This document shows, one piece after another, positions 1 to 7,725 of a DNA stretch of 9,220 nucleotides. A program made the position numbers and the translations under genes. The DNA comes from Vibrio cholerae ATCC 14035 (GTDB lineage: Bacteria; Pseudomonadota; Gammaproteobacteria; Enterobacterales; Vibrionaceae): the NCBI RefSeq assembly GCF_000621645.1, contig NZ_JHXR01000043.1:1-9220 (forward strand). The letters run 5' to 3'. Below the pieces are notes generated by a model. That model was not told the DNA's origin. It was given only the letters and a program-made list of their open reading frames with translations, and ran no database searches. How positions within the stretch are numbered: the stretch's first letter is position 1; each line of letters starts with the position of its first letter.

Positions 1-230
1 AACGTCGAAATCGATACTTTGGGCGGAATTATCGCAACTAAGTGGACATGATCTGGCTGAACATTGAGTTCCAAAACTTCACAATCTTTCATATTACAAA
101 GAATGTAGATCGAACGATTTAGCTCTTTGGCAACATTACCTTTTAAGATCTTAAAACGAAATTTTGGTGTCCAAACGATATGATATTTGCAACGCCAATA
201 GACGTGTGATGAACTTCTGTAGTCGCCCAT
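1..230 (-). CDS. tnpA: IS200/IS605-family HUH (Y1) transposase TnpA, N-terminal 76 codons; the gene continues past the left edge
   Basis: Reverse-complement translation from ATG (230-228) gives MGDYRSSSHVYWRCKYHIVWTPKFRFKILKGNVAKELNRSIYILCNMKDCEVLELNVQPDHVHLVAIIPPKVSIST. It matches the IS200 TnpA pattern (W.CKYHIV..PK.R, HUH motif DHVHL, IPPK.S.S). SD TAAGAGGA lies ~9 nt upstream. The ORF is absent from the supplied track because it is partial. Confidence 0.9.
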   Translation of the reverse strand, partial: MGDYRSSSHVYWRCKYHIVWTPKFRFKILKGNVAKELNRSIYILCNMKDCEVLELNVQPDHVHLVAIIPPKVSIST

Positions 231-242
231 GTTATTTGAATC

Positions 243-265
243 CTCTTACTTATGGTGAATAAGAG
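243..265 (-). promoter_or_regulatory. Stem-loop overlapping the tnpA Shine-Dalgarno (IS200-style translational occlusion)
   Basis: CTCTTA (243-248) pairs with TAAGAG (260-265). On the minus-strand RNA the 3' arm is the TAAGAG of SD TAAGAGGA. A structure that sequesters the RBS is an established feature of IS200. Confidence 0.45.
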
Positions 266-316
266 TTTGTCTTCTAACATGGGCGCATTTTCGGGCAAAA
301 GCCCCTAGGGACAATC

Positions 317-337
317 ACCACCGCTAAAAGCGGTGGT
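317..337 (-). repeat. IS left-end hairpin (8-bp stem, 5-nt loop)
   Basis: ACCACCGC (317-324) TAAAA GCGGTGGT (330-337). Weaker outer pairing CCCTA (303-307) / TAGGG (339-343). IS200/IS605 ends are defined by subterminal hairpins recognised by TnpA, and in IS200 the left hairpin also acts as a read-through terminator. Confidence 0.5.
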
Positions 338-352
338 TTAGGGATGACAATG

Positions 353-377
353 AAAAAGGCGAGCACTCTGGCTCGCC
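353..377 (-). terminator. Rho-independent terminator of gcvP
   Basis: Minus-strand RNA reads GGCGAGC-cagagu-GCUCGCC followed by UUUUU (plus-strand A run 353-357). It lies 33 nt past the gcvP stop. Confidence 0.8.
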
Positions 378-391
378 TTTGTTAAACGGAT

Positions 392-407
392 GGTCATCCG
401 GATGACC
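392..407. repeat. Perfect 16-bp palindrome GGTCATCCGGATGACC directly after the gcvP stop codon
   Basis: Read directly. It sits 2 nt from the stop codon (410-412) and upstream of the terminator in transcript sense. Function unknown (extra hairpin or protein site). Confidence 0.5.
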
Positions 408-409
408 GA

Positions 410-3274
410 TTAGTCCTGATAACTGTCAATGCTTGGGCATGAACAGACGAGGTTACGGTCGCCGTAAACGTTATCGACACGGTTCACCGTTGGCCAGTAT
501 TTGCTGGCTTTGGTGTGTGCCGATGGGAAGCAGGCGATTTCACGTGAGTATGGACGATCCCATTTCTCTTCGCGCAGATCCGCTTGGGTATGCGGCGCAT
601 GCACCAGAGGGTTGCTTTCAAGCGGCCATTCGCCATTTTTCACTTTGTCGATCTCGCCACGAATCGCAATCAATGCATCACAGAAGCGATCCAGCTCCGC
701 CAAATCTTCCGATTCCGTTGGCTCAACCATTAAAGTGCCTGCTACTGGGAATGACATAGTTGGCGCGTGGAAGCCGTAGTCCATCAAGCGTTTGGCAATA
801 TCTTCTTCGCTAATCCCAGTTTCTTCTTTCAGAGGACGGATATCGATGATGCACTCGTGCGCCACTCGACCATTTGCACCACGGTAAAGGATCGGGTAGT
901 GCGGACGCAGACGCTCCATCACATAGTTGGCATTCAAAATCGCCAGCTTGGTGGCTTCAGCCAGACCGTCTGCACCCATCATCGCAATGTAGGCCCAAGA
1001 GATCGGCAGAATGGACGCGCTGCCAAGATCGGCTGCGGAAACCGCGAAATCAGAACCCTCTACGCCACCTTCAATGTGTCCTGGCAGGAAAGGTGCTAGG
1101 TGCGATTTCACACCGATAGGTCCCATGCCTGGGCCGCCGCCGCCGTGTGGAATACAGAAGGTTTTGTGCAAGTTCAGGTGTGATACGTCTGAGCCGATAA
1201 AGCCCGGTGAGGTCAGCCCCACTTGCGCGTTCATGTTTGCACCATCAAGGTAAACTTGACCACCTGCTGCATGCACCATTTCACACACTTCACGCACTTG
1301 CTGTTCATACACGCCATGCGTTGAAGGGTAGGTGATCATGATGCTGGAAAGATGGTCTTTGTGCTTTTCAATTTTGTCCGCAAGGTCAACCATATCAATG
1401 TTGCCGTTTTCATCGCATTTCACCACCACGACTTTCATCGACACCATTGCCGCGGTAGCTGGGTTGGTGCCGTGTGCTGAGCTTGGGATGAGGCAAACAT
1501 TGCGGTGGCCTTCGCCGCGGCTTTGGTGATAACGCTGAATCGCCACTAAACCTGCATATTCACCGGAAGCCCCTGAGTTGGGTTGCAGTGAGAAAGCATC
1601 ATACCCCGTGATTTCACACAGTTTTTGCTTCAGGTCTTCAGCCAATGCCGCATAGCCCGCAGCTTGTGCTTTTGGTACAAACGGATGCAGTGCGCCAAAC
1701 TCAGGCCAAGTGACGGGAATCATCTCCGCGGTAGCGTTGAGCTTCATGGTGCAACTGCCTAGCGGGATCATGCCGTGAGTAAGAGAGAAATCTTTGTTTT
1801 CCAGATGCTTCATATAACGCAGCATCTGAGTTTCACTGTGGTGTGTGTTAAACACAGGGTGAGTCAAAAACGCGCTTTGACGACGGCAACTTTCTGGAAT
1901 CGCGGCGAGCTCATTGGTCGCAATGCGGTCGGAAAGTGCATGAACCTCTTCTTTAATACCAAAGATCGCAAAGAGCGCTTCAACGTCAGCCACTGTCGTG
2001 GTTTCATCAAAGCTCACGCCAAGCTGATTAGGCAGTTTACGCAGATTGATGTTCGCTTGTTGCGCAGCTTGGTACAGAGCATCGGTTTTTGCACCTGTAT
2101 TGATCGCCAGCGTATCAAAGAAATGCTGATGCGCCAGTTCGTAACCCGCTTTGGTTAAGCCAGCAGCAAGAATCGCGGTGAGGTGGTGAGCGCGGCGCGC
2201 AATAGTGCGCAGACCTTGTGGACCATGGTACACCGCATAAAACGCAGCCATGTTGGCCAGCAGCGCTTGCGCGGTACAGATGTTGGAGGTCGCTTTTTCA
2301 CGGCGAATGTGCTGCTCACGGGTTTGCATTGCCATACGTAAGGCTTGGTTACCTTTCGCATCAATCGAAACACCGATCACACGTCCCGGCATGGTGCGTT
2401 TGTGCGCATCACGTGTTGCCATGAAAGCCGCGTGTGGGCCGCCATAACCCATAGGTACACCAAAGCGCTGAGCAGAACCAATTACGACATCTGCGCCCAT
2501 TTCACCCGCAGGTTTGAGCAGCACGCTGGCGAGTAAATCGGTCGCTACGGTGACTAAGGTTTTGTTGGCTTGTGCTTTGGCGATGATGTCAGTCAGATCG
2601 CGCACTTCACCGGTTGTACCCGGGTATTGCAGCAGTGCGCCAAAAGCTTCTTGTTGGGTGATGTTGTCAATCGAATCGACTTTTACCTCAAAGCCAAGGA
2701 ATGCGGCGCGAGTTTTCACCACTTCAATGGTTTGTGGATGCACGTCATCGGCAACAAAGAACAGGTTGCTTTTGCTCTTGCCTGCGCGTTGACACAGTGC
2801 CATCGCTTCGGCCGCCGCTGTCGCTTCATCCAGCAGTGACGCGTTCGCAATCTCCATCGCGGTTAAATCCATCACCATCTGCTGATAGTTAAGCAGCGAT
2901 TCAAGACGGCCTTGCGAGATTTCTGGCTGATAAGGAGTGTAAGCGGTGTACCAGCCCGGGTTTTCCATCACGTTACGTAAAATGACGTTCGGTGTGAAGG
3001 TGTTGTAGTAACCCTGACCGATGAAAGTCCGTTTAAGCTGGTTAAGTTTGGCGAACGATTTCATCGTTGCCAGCATATCAGCTTCGCTTTGAGCGGGCGC
3101 GAGCTGCATTGGCGCTTCTAAACGGATTTGGGCAGGCACGGTTTGGGCGATCAGCGCATCCAAACTTTCCGCATTCACCGTTTTAAGCATGGTGGCTTGT
3201 TCTTGTTTATCTGGCCCGTTGTGGCGTGCAACGAACTCATTTTGTGTGCTTAGGCTGTGAAGTAATTCTGTCAT
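410..3274 (-). CDS. gcvP: Glycine dehydrogenase (decarboxylating), glycine-cleavage P protein
   Basis: 954-aa ORF with full-length single-chain GcvP architecture. PLP-lysine region [19 protein letters not shown]. Purine-rich SD region GAAGGTAAAGGA immediately upstream of ATG 3274. Confidence 0.97.
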   Translation of the reverse strand: MTELLHSLSTQNEFVARHNGPDKQEQATMLKTVNAESLDALIAQTVPAQIRLEAPMQLAPAQSEADMLATMKSFAKLNQLKRTFIGQGYYNTFTPNVILRNVMENPGWYTAYTPYQPEISQGRLESLLNYQQMVMDLTAMEIANASLLDEATAAAEAMALCQRAGKSKSNLFFVADDVHPQTIEVVKTRAAFLGFEVKVDSIDNITQQEAFGALLQYPGTTGEVRDLTDIIAKAQANKTLVTVATDLLASVLLKPAGEMGADVVIGSAQRFGVPMGYGGPHAAFMATRDAHKRTMPGRVIGVSIDAKGNQALRMAMQTREQHIRREKATSNICTAQALLANMAAFYAVYHGPQGLRTIARRAHHLTAILAAGLTKAGYELAHQHFFDTLAINTGAKTDALYQAAQQANINLRKLPNQLGVSFDETTTVADVEALFAIFGIKEEVHALSDRIATNELAAIPESCRRQSAFLTHPVFNTHHSETQMLRYMKHLENKDFSLTHGMIPLGSCTMKLNATAEMIPVTWPEFGALHPFVPKAQAAGYAALAEDLKQKLCEITGYDAFSLQPNSGASGEYAGLVAIQRYHQSRGEGHRNVCLIPSSAHGTNPATAAMVSMKVVVVKCDENGNIDMVDLADKIEKHKDHLSSIMITYPSTHGVYEQQVREVCEMVHAAGGQVYLDGANMNAQVGLTSPGFIGSDVSHLNLHKTFCIPHGGGGPGMGPIGVKSHLAPFLPGHIEGGVEGSDFAVSAADLGSASILPISWAYIAMMGADGLAEATKLAILNANYVMERLRPHYPILYRGANGRVAHECIIDIRPLKEETGISEEDIAKRLMDYGFHAPTMSFPVAGTLMVEPTESEDLAELDRFCDALIAIRGEIDKVKNGEWPLESNPLVHAPHTQADLREEKWDRPYSREIACFPSAHTKASKYWPTVNRVDNVYGDRNLVCSCPSIDSYQD

Positions 3275-3373
3275 TGTCCTTTACCTTCTTTCCATGTGAG
3301 CATGCGAACAACCTTGGTGGAATCACCACTCACTTGGCGATCAAACATCACTCATTTGCGGTGAGTGACTTTG

Positions 3374-3399
3374 AAAAAAAGCCGCCCTGAAGGGCAGCT
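3374..3399 (-). terminator. Intrinsic terminator-like hairpin between gcvH and gcvP
   Basis: Minus-strand RNA reads AGCUGCCC-uuca-GGGCGGCU followed by U7 (plus-strand A run 3374-3380). The 7-bp GC-rich stem has one G-U pair. It starts 18 nt after the gcvH stop. Confidence 0.65.
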
Positions 3400-3417
3400 T
3401 TCTCATGCATATTGCGT

Positions 3418-3798
3418 TTAGTCTTCTTCGATTGAAGCTAGGTACTCTTCCGCGTCTTTTAGATCTTTGAGTTCATCAGGATCGGACATTTTCACTTTCA
3501 CGATCCAACCGCCATCGTAAGGCTCTTCATTAATCAGCTCTGGGCTGTTTTGCAGATCTTCGTTGACTTCAATGACGACACCGGTCACTGGTGCATAGAT
3601 GTCAGAAGCGGCTTTCACCGACTCAACCAGTGAAAAGCTGTCACCCGCATCAATTTCGGCATCGATTTCAGGTAACTCTACAAACACTACGTCACCGAGC
3701 ATTTCTTGGGCGTGCTCAGAGATGCCGATGGTTACTGTACCGTCACCGTTGTCGCGAACCCATTCATGGCTTTCTGTGAACTTCAGTGTCTTGTCCAT
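3418..3798 (-). CDS. gcvH: Glycine-cleavage H protein (lipoyl carrier)
   Basis: 126 aa. Lipoyl-lysine motif [17 protein letters not shown] 7 nt upstream of ATG 3798. The gene lies 36 nt after the glyA stop. Confidence 0.97.
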   Translation of the reverse strand: MDKTLKFTESHEWVRDNGDGTVTIGISEHAQEMLGDVVFVELPEIDAEIDAGDSFSLVESVKAASDIYAPVTGVVIEVNEDLQNSPELINEEPYDGGWIVKVKMSDPDELKDLKDAEEYLASIEED

Positions 3799-3834
3799 TG
3801 CGTATTCTCCAAAAAATATCGTACTGATAAAAAG

Positions 3835-5142
3835 CTATTGATAGAGCGGGAAGCGTTGGCACAGTGCTTTCACTTGTTTACGCACTTGTTGCTCAACGTC
3901 TGGGTTGCCTTCTGGGCTGGCCACCAAACCATCCAGAACGTCCCCAATCCACTCACCGATGAGTTTGAATTCTTCACGACCGAAACCACGGCTGGTTCCG
4001 GCAGGCGTACCTAAACGAATGCCCGATGTAATCATAGGCTTCTCTTCGTCAAATGGGATGCCATTTTTGTTACACGTGATCCCGGCACGCTCTAAGGCTT
4101 GTTCAACTTGGTTGCCTTTCAAACCTTTAGGTCTAAGGTCGACCAACATGAGATGCGTATCCGTTCCGCCAGTCACAATGTCACACCCGCGAGTTTGCAA
4201 CACTTCAGCCAGCACTTTTGCGTTATCGATCACCGAATCAATATAAGTACGGAATTCAGGGCCGAGCGCTTCACCAAATGCCACTGCTTTAGCGGCAATC
4301 ACGTGCATCAGTGGGCCACCTTGTAAACCGGGGAACACCGCAGAATTGATCTTTTTGTGGATCTCTTCGCTGTTGGTCAAAATCATGCCGCCGCGCGGGC
4401 CACGTAGAGTTTTGTGTGTGGTAGTGGTGACGACATGAGCATGCGGCAATGGGCTTGGATGTGCGCCAGTTGCTACCAATCCGGCAATGTGCGCCATATC
4501 GACCATCAACAGCGCGCCAACTTCGTCCACAATTGAGCGAAATTGAGCAAAATCGATAGTGCGGGGAATGGCACTGCCGCCTGCGATGATCATTTTGGGT
4601 TTGTGCTCTAACGCCAGTGCACGAACAGAATCGTAGTTAATTTCGAGGGTTTGGCGATCCACACCGTATTGCACCGCATTGAACCATTTACCTGAAAGAG
4701 CAGGGCGCGCACCATGCGTGAGATGACCGCCTGCATCTAGCGACATACCCATAATAGTGTCGCCCGGTTGCAGCAGAGCAAGCATCACAGCGCCATTGGC
4801 TTGAGCGCCTGAGTGTGGTTGAACGTTTGCGTATTGACACTGAAAAAGCATTTTGGCGCGTTCGATAGCAATCTGCTCAACGCTGTCAACATGCTCACAA
4901 CCGCCGTAGTAACGACGGCCGGGATAACCTTCGGCGTATTTGTTAGTCAGGCAAGTGCCTTGCGCCTGCATTACGGCTTTAGAGACGATGTTTTCAGAGG
5001 CAATCAGTTCGATCTGTTCATTTTGGCGGGTGTATTCAGCTTGAATGGCGGCAAATACCGCATCGTTGGTCGCCGCCAGTGGGGTAGAGAAGAAGTTCTC
5101 AAGGCTAACGTTGGGATAAGCTTTGTTTAGATTTGCATTCAT
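3835..5142 (-). CDS. glyA: Serine hydroxymethyltransferase (435-aa form linked to the gcv genes)
   Basis: SHMT hallmarks: [25 protein letters not shown]-lysine motif [22 protein letters not shown] 9 nt upstream of ATG 5142. Confidence 0.96.
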   Translation of the reverse strand: MNANLNKAYPNVSLENFFSTPLAATNDAVFAAIQAEYTRQNEQIELIASENIVSKAVMQAQGTCLTNKYAEGYPGRRYYGGCEHVDSVEQIAIERAKMLFQCQYANVQPHSGAQANGAVMLALLQPGDTIMGMSLDAGGHLTHGARPALSGKWFNAVQYGVDRQTLEINYDSVRALALEHKPKMIIAGGSAIPRTIDFAQFRSIVDEVGALLMVDMAHIAGLVATGAHPSPLPHAHVVTTTTHKTLRGPRGGMILTNSEEIHKKINSAVFPGLQGGPLMHVIAAKAVAFGEALGPEFRTYIDSVIDNAKVLAEVLQTRGCDIVTGGTDTHLMLVDLRPKGLKGNQVEQALERAGITCNKNGIPFDEEKPMITSGIRLGTPAGTSRGFGREEFKLIGEWIGDVLDGLVASPEGNPDVEQQVRKQVKALCQRFPLYQ

Positions 5143-5162
5143 AGTAGATGGCCTTCCAATCT

Positions 5163-5274
5163 GATAACCGCACTAAGATGGGGTTATCGCTCCTTTTTCT
5201 GATCGCGATACTCATCGCGATCGGCTGAGTCATTCCTAATCTTGATTGCCCTAAACCTTGGCAACATAACCCCA
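5163..5274 (-). promoter_or_regulatory. Structured 5' leader of glyA-gcvH-gcvP (candidate cis-regulatory RNA; class unknown)
   Basis: In minus-strand RNA, closing helix UGGGGUUAU (5274-5266) pairs with AUAACCCCA (5187-5179). It encloses hairpin UUGCC/GGCAA (5264-5260 / 5250-5246) and a perfect 9-bp hairpin GAUCGCGAU-gagu-AUCGCGAUC (5222-5201). An alternative helix GAUAACC (5188-5182) / GGUUAUC (5169-5163) competes for the same AUAACC segment. Confidence 0.4.
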
Positions 5275-5396
5275 ATGAGCGGGATCGAAAACTCGCGGAA
5301 ATCGACTGGTCATTCAGCCTAAAGCAGCGAGTGATTGCATCTCTTCATCTAACAAGTCGATAACATACTCTTTGCTTACAGAACAATCAATCAAAA

Positions 5397-5421
5397 ATTT
5401 CCTATAGGAAACACGGTTTCT
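5397..5421. promoter_or_regulatory. Operator-like triple hexamer array ATTTCC-TATA-GGAAAC-ACG-GTTTCT in the glyA / regulator divergent region
   Basis: TTTCCTATAGGAAA (5398-5411) is a perfect 14-bp palindrome. It overlaps the GAAAC-ACG-GTTTC palindrome (5408-5420). The same hexamer family recurs at 6157-6172 and 6314-6328. Confidence 0.5.
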
Positions 5422-5529
5422 GATCTGCTTAGCAAAAGTACTTTTATTTCTTTGTGTGCTCTTTAATCAACAAATCGCTTCATGCCACAATGCTTGGTAG
5501 ACAGGAAGTTTTATAACCAGAGGGAAAGC

Positions 5530-6153
5530 ATGTCAGAAGACATTTATGATGAGTACCCATCCATCACTTTGGCTCGCGAATCGGGCGAGCAAGGTATCGA
5601 GCCACTCAAGCTGGGTCAGCGGATCAAAGATATTCGCACGCGATTAGGCATCACGCTTGAAGAGGCGAGCCAGCGTACTGGTCTCGCTCGCTCTACACTG
5701 AGCAAAATTGAAAACGAACAGATTTCGCCAACCTTTCAGGCTATGCAAAAATTGGCGCATGGTTTGCAGATTGAAATGCCGCAACTCTTTGAGCCACCGA
5801 AGAAAATTGTAGCGACAGGGCGGCGTGATATTACCCGTAAAGAAGCAGGAAAACCGCACCCAACCCAAACCTATGAACATGAATTGCTCGCGACTCAACT
5901 TTCTAACAAAAAGATGATGCCGTTCAAAAGCCGCGTGCGTGCCAGAGCCTTTGAAGAGTACAGCGATTGGGTGCGTCACGATGGTGAAGAGTTTCTGCTG
6001 ATCCTTGAAGGTGAAGTGATGTTCTACAGCGAATTTTATGAGCCGGTACATCTGGTGGAAGGGGACAGTGTGTATTACGACGCCAACATGGGACACATGC
6101 TGGTTTCAGTGAGTGAAGAGGATGCGCTGATCCTTTGGGTCACCGCAAGATAG
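5530..6153 (+). CDS. XRE-family HTH + C-terminal cupin transcriptional regulator (PuuR-like architecture)
   Basis: The HTH_3-like segment is LGQRIKDIRTRLGITLEEASQRTGLARSTLSKIENEQISPTFQAMQKLAHGL. The cupin-like C-terminus is GEEFLLILEGEVMF...GDSVYYDANMGH. I place the start at ATG 5530 (MSEDIYDE...) because SD GAGGGA lies 4 nt upstream. The ORF-track start at 5482 has no SD. Confidence 0.85.
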   Translation: MSEDIYDEYPSITLARESGEQGIEPLKLGQRIKDIRTRLGITLEEASQRTGLARSTLSKIENEQISPTFQAMQKLAHGLQIEMPQLFEPPKKIVATGRRDITRKEAGKPHPTQTYEHELLATQLSNKKMMPFKSRVRARAFEEYSDWVRHDGEEFLLILEGEVMFYSEFYEPVHLVEGDSVYYDANMGHMLVSVSEEDALILWVTAR

Positions 6154-6156
6154 TGA

Positions 6157-6172
6157 GTTTCCTATCCGAAAC
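6157..6172. promoter_or_regulatory. Operator-like site GTTTCC-TATC-CGAAAC
   Basis: 13 of 16 positions are identical to ATTTCCTATAGGAAAC at 5397-5412. It begins 4 nt after the regulator stop codon. Confidence 0.45.
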
Positions 6173-6182
6173 ATCCGCGTAT

Positions 6183-6220
6183 AACAACCCAAGACGTGGA
6201 GTGTGTTGGTGGTGGTTTTT
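6183..6220 (+). terminator. Possible imperfect terminator of the regulator gene
   Basis: AACAACCCAA (6183-6192) pairs imperfectly with TTGGTGGTGGTT (6206-6217), ending in T5 (6216-6220). The stem has mismatches or a bulge, so the call is weak. Confidence 0.3.
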
Positions 6221-6232
6221 GATAACCATTCC

Positions 6233-6248
6233 TTAACAATATTGTTAA
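6233..6248. promoter_or_regulatory. Perfect 16-bp palindrome TTAACAATATTGTTAA upstream of gcvT
   Basis: Read directly. It lies ~150 bp upstream of the gcvT start, between operator-like sites B and C. The binding factor is unknown. Confidence 0.35.
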
Positions 6249-6313
6249 CTGTGATGGTGAGCACTGTTTTAATTTGTTGAATCCTCTAAAACGGGCTCGG
6301 CTTGTTTATTATC

Positions 6314-6328
6314 GGAAACATAGTTTCC
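6314..6328. promoter_or_regulatory. Operator-like perfect palindrome GGAAAC-ATA-GTTTCC upstream of gcvT
   Basis: 6-bp arms with a 3-bp spacer. It sits immediately downstream of a -10-like TATTAT (6307-6312) and 69 nt upstream of the gcvT ATG. Same layout as GGAAAC-ACG-GTTTCT at 5407-5421. Confidence 0.5.
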
Positions 6329-6396
6329 TCACTAAAGGAATCTTGCCACGGTAGATTGCGCCAAAAGCGCAGCTTTGGCTTATATGGAGAACAAGA

Positions 6397-7527
6397 ATGA
6401 CTGAACAACACGAAACCTTACTGACGACACCGCTACATGCGCTACACATTGAAGTTGGCGCAAAGATGGTGCCTTTTGCGGGCTACGATATGCCAGTTCA
6501 ATACGCCCTTGGGGTGAAAAAAGAGCATATACACACCCGTGAAGCAGCCGGTCTGTTTGATGTTTCCCACATGGGGCAACTGCGTTTGTACGGTGCTCAA
6601 GCGGCTGCCGCCTTAGAAGCCTTGGTTCCGGTTGATATTATTGATCTCCCTGTTGGCAAACAGCGTTATGCGTTTTTCACCAATGCCCAAGGTGGCATTA
6701 TGGATGATTTGATGGTGGCCAATATGGGGGATCATCTGTTTGTGGTGGTGAACGCGGCGTGTAAAGCGCAAGACATTGCGCATCTAAAAGCGCATCTGCC
6801 TGCGGATGTTGAGATGGAAGTGATTGAAGATCGTGCTCTGCTCGCGCTGCAAGGCCCCAAAGCGGCACAGGTGCTCGCACGTTTGCAACCTGCCGTTGCC
6901 AAGATGCTGTTTATGGATGTTCAACTCCTTGAGATCGATGGTGCAGAATGTATTGTCAGTCGCAGTGGCTACACCGGTGAAGATGGCTACGAAATCTCAG
7001 TGCCTGCTGATAAAGCGGCGGCACTGGCTCGTAAACTGACGGATTTTGAAGAAGTGGAGTGGATAGGCCTTGGTGCGCGCGACTCACTGCGTTTGGAGTG
7101 TGGTTTGTGTCTCTATGGACACGATCTCGACCCAACCACAACGCCAGTCGAAGCAAGCTTGCTGTGGGCTATTCAGCCTGTGCGCCGCAAAGGTGGCGCG
7201 CGTGAGGGCGGTTTTCCCGGTGCGGAGATCATTCTCAGCCAGATTGAAACCAAACAAGTTAGCCGTAAACGCGTCGGTTTGATCGGACAAACCAAAGCGC
7301 CAGTACGCGAAGGCACTGAACTGTTTGATGCGCAGGGCAACAAGATTGGTATCGTGACCAGTGGAACTGCAGGCCCAACGGCCGACAAACCAGTTTCCAT
7401 GGCTTATGTCAGCACTGAGCACGCCGCTTTAGGCGGTGAAGTGTTTGCTGATGTGCGCGGGAAGATGCTGCCAATGACTGTCGAAAAAATGCCTTTTGTG
7501 CCTCAGCGTTATTATCGCGGAGCATAA
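6397..7527 (+). CDS. gcvT: Aminomethyltransferase, glycine-cleavage T protein
   Basis: 376 aa. GcvT hallmarks: FDVSHMGQ and SRSGYTGEDGYEIS. SD GGAGA 6 nt upstream of the ATG. Confidence 0.96.
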   Translation: MTEQHETLLTTPLHALHIEVGAKMVPFAGYDMPVQYALGVKKEHIHTREAAGLFDVSHMGQLRLYGAQAAAALEALVPVDIIDLPVGKQRYAFFTNAQGGIMDDLMVANMGDHLFVVVNAACKAQDIAHLKAHLPADVEMEVIEDRALLALQGPKAAQVLARLQPAVAKMLFMDVQLLEIDGAECIVSRSGYTGEDGYEISVPADKAAALARKLTDFEEVEWIGLGARDSLRLECGLCLYGHDLDPTTTPVEASLLWAIQPVRRKGGAREGGFPGAEIILSQIETKQVSRKRVGLIGQTKAPVREGTELFDAQGNKIGIVTSGTAGPTADKPVSMAYVSTEHAALGGEVFADVRGKMLPMTVEKMPFVPQRYYRGA

Positions 7528-7565
7528 TTTCTTCAGTGTCATTCTTATGAGTAACGCTTATTAGC

Positions 7566-7596
7566 AAAGGAAGGGAAACCTTCCTTTGTGCTTTTT
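7566..7596 (+). terminator. Rho-independent terminator of gcvT
   Basis: AAAGGAAGG (7566-7574) GAAA CCTTCCTTT (7579-7587), followed by GTGCTTTTT (T run 7592-7596). Confidence 0.8.
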
Positions 7597-7699
7597 GCAA
7601 CGGAGGTTTGCAGTCTCAACTGACCGAGAAAGCGGTTGTCATTTCAGCATATTGCTTTATGATGCTGCGACGTACTTAAGCTGGTGCATCCGTATTTGC

Positions 7700-7725
7700 G
7701 CCAAAATTTGTACCGAATTTTTTGA
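7700..7725 (+). repeat. Distal copy of a ~25-bp imperfect direct repeat, GCCAAAATTTGTACCGAATTTTTTGA
   Basis: It aligns with ACCAAATTTGTACCAAATTTTCTGA at 7963-7987 (22 identical positions, 1 indel). It also contains internal dyad symmetry, AAAATT-N7-AATTTT. Sequence to its right becomes visibly more A+T-rich. Confidence 0.6.

Larger units (their letters stand above)
1..352 (-). mobile_element. IS200-family insertion sequence (IS1004-like): left end plus 5' part of tnpA; outer boundary only approximate (about 340-352)
   Basis: Partial tnpA plus ~120 nt of structured upstream sequence, typical of IS200 left ends. This includes the hairpin at 317-337 and an SD-occluding stem at 243-265. The sequence changes character at the gcvP terminator (353-377). 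IS200/IS605 elements have no terminal inverted repeats or target duplications, so the exact end cannot be read off without a reference copy. Confidence 0.6.

Noticed and set aside
433-2892. Many 60-127-aa plus-strand ORFs inside gcvP (e.g. 433-759, 767-1099, 1775-2158, 2514-2792)
   Set aside because: All lie antisense to or out of frame with a full-length, motif-bearing gcvP. Their translations are low-complexity, Arg/Cys/His-rich sequences typical of shadow ORFs, with no SD signals.
3591-5130. Plus-strand ORFs overlapping gcvH and glyA (3591-3779, 3599-3841, 3706-4014, 3905-4246, 4099-4326, 4813-5130)
   Set aside because: They are antisense shadows of well-supported genes, with no recognisable domains or start contexts.
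5251-5313. 20-codon upstream ORF (MTSRFPRVFDPAHWGYVAKV) in the glyA leader, overlapping the 5' arm of the closing helix
   Set aside because: It has only a weak AGG 4 nt upstream and no enrichment of Gly, Ser or Met codons that would suggest attenuation. I keep it as a remote possibility under the leader finding.
5143-5340. Canonical (tandem) glycine riboswitch upstream of glyA; 6154-6396 upstream of gcvT was also checked
   Set aside because: The conserved cores (GGAGAG, CCGAAGGAGCAA, CUCAGGCAAAAGGAC) are absent on the relevant strands. Only loose fragments occur in the glyA leader. A covariance-model search would be needed to be sure.
5482-5529. Longer N-terminus of the regulator from ATG 5482, and the GTG 7994 start of int
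   Set aside because: Neither has an SD. The in-frame ATGs at 5530 and 8000 have well-spaced SDs (GAGGGA and AAGGTGAG).
5644-6096. 150-aa minus-strand ORF inside the XRE-cupin gene
   Set aside because: It is fully antisense to a CDS with clear HTH and cupin signatures. The translation has no recognisable motif and looks like a shadow ORF.
6250-6265. CRP-like site TGTGA-TGGTGA-GCACT upstream of gcvT
   Set aside because: The left half is perfect but the right half matches only 3 of 5 positions of TCACA. Not enough support without conservation data.
6698-7600. Minus-strand ORFs overlapping gcvT (6698-6880, 6956-7156, 7084-7422, 7173-7400, 7409-7600) and plus-strand out-of-frame ORFs (6824-7039, 7070-7282)
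   Set aside because: They are shadows of gcvT. The ORF at 7409-7600 would also have to read through the gcvT terminator.
7617-7624. CAACTGAC, reminiscent of the conserved Qrr sRNA core
   Set aside because: Only 8 nt match. There is no flanking Qrr sequence, sigma54 promoter or terminator.
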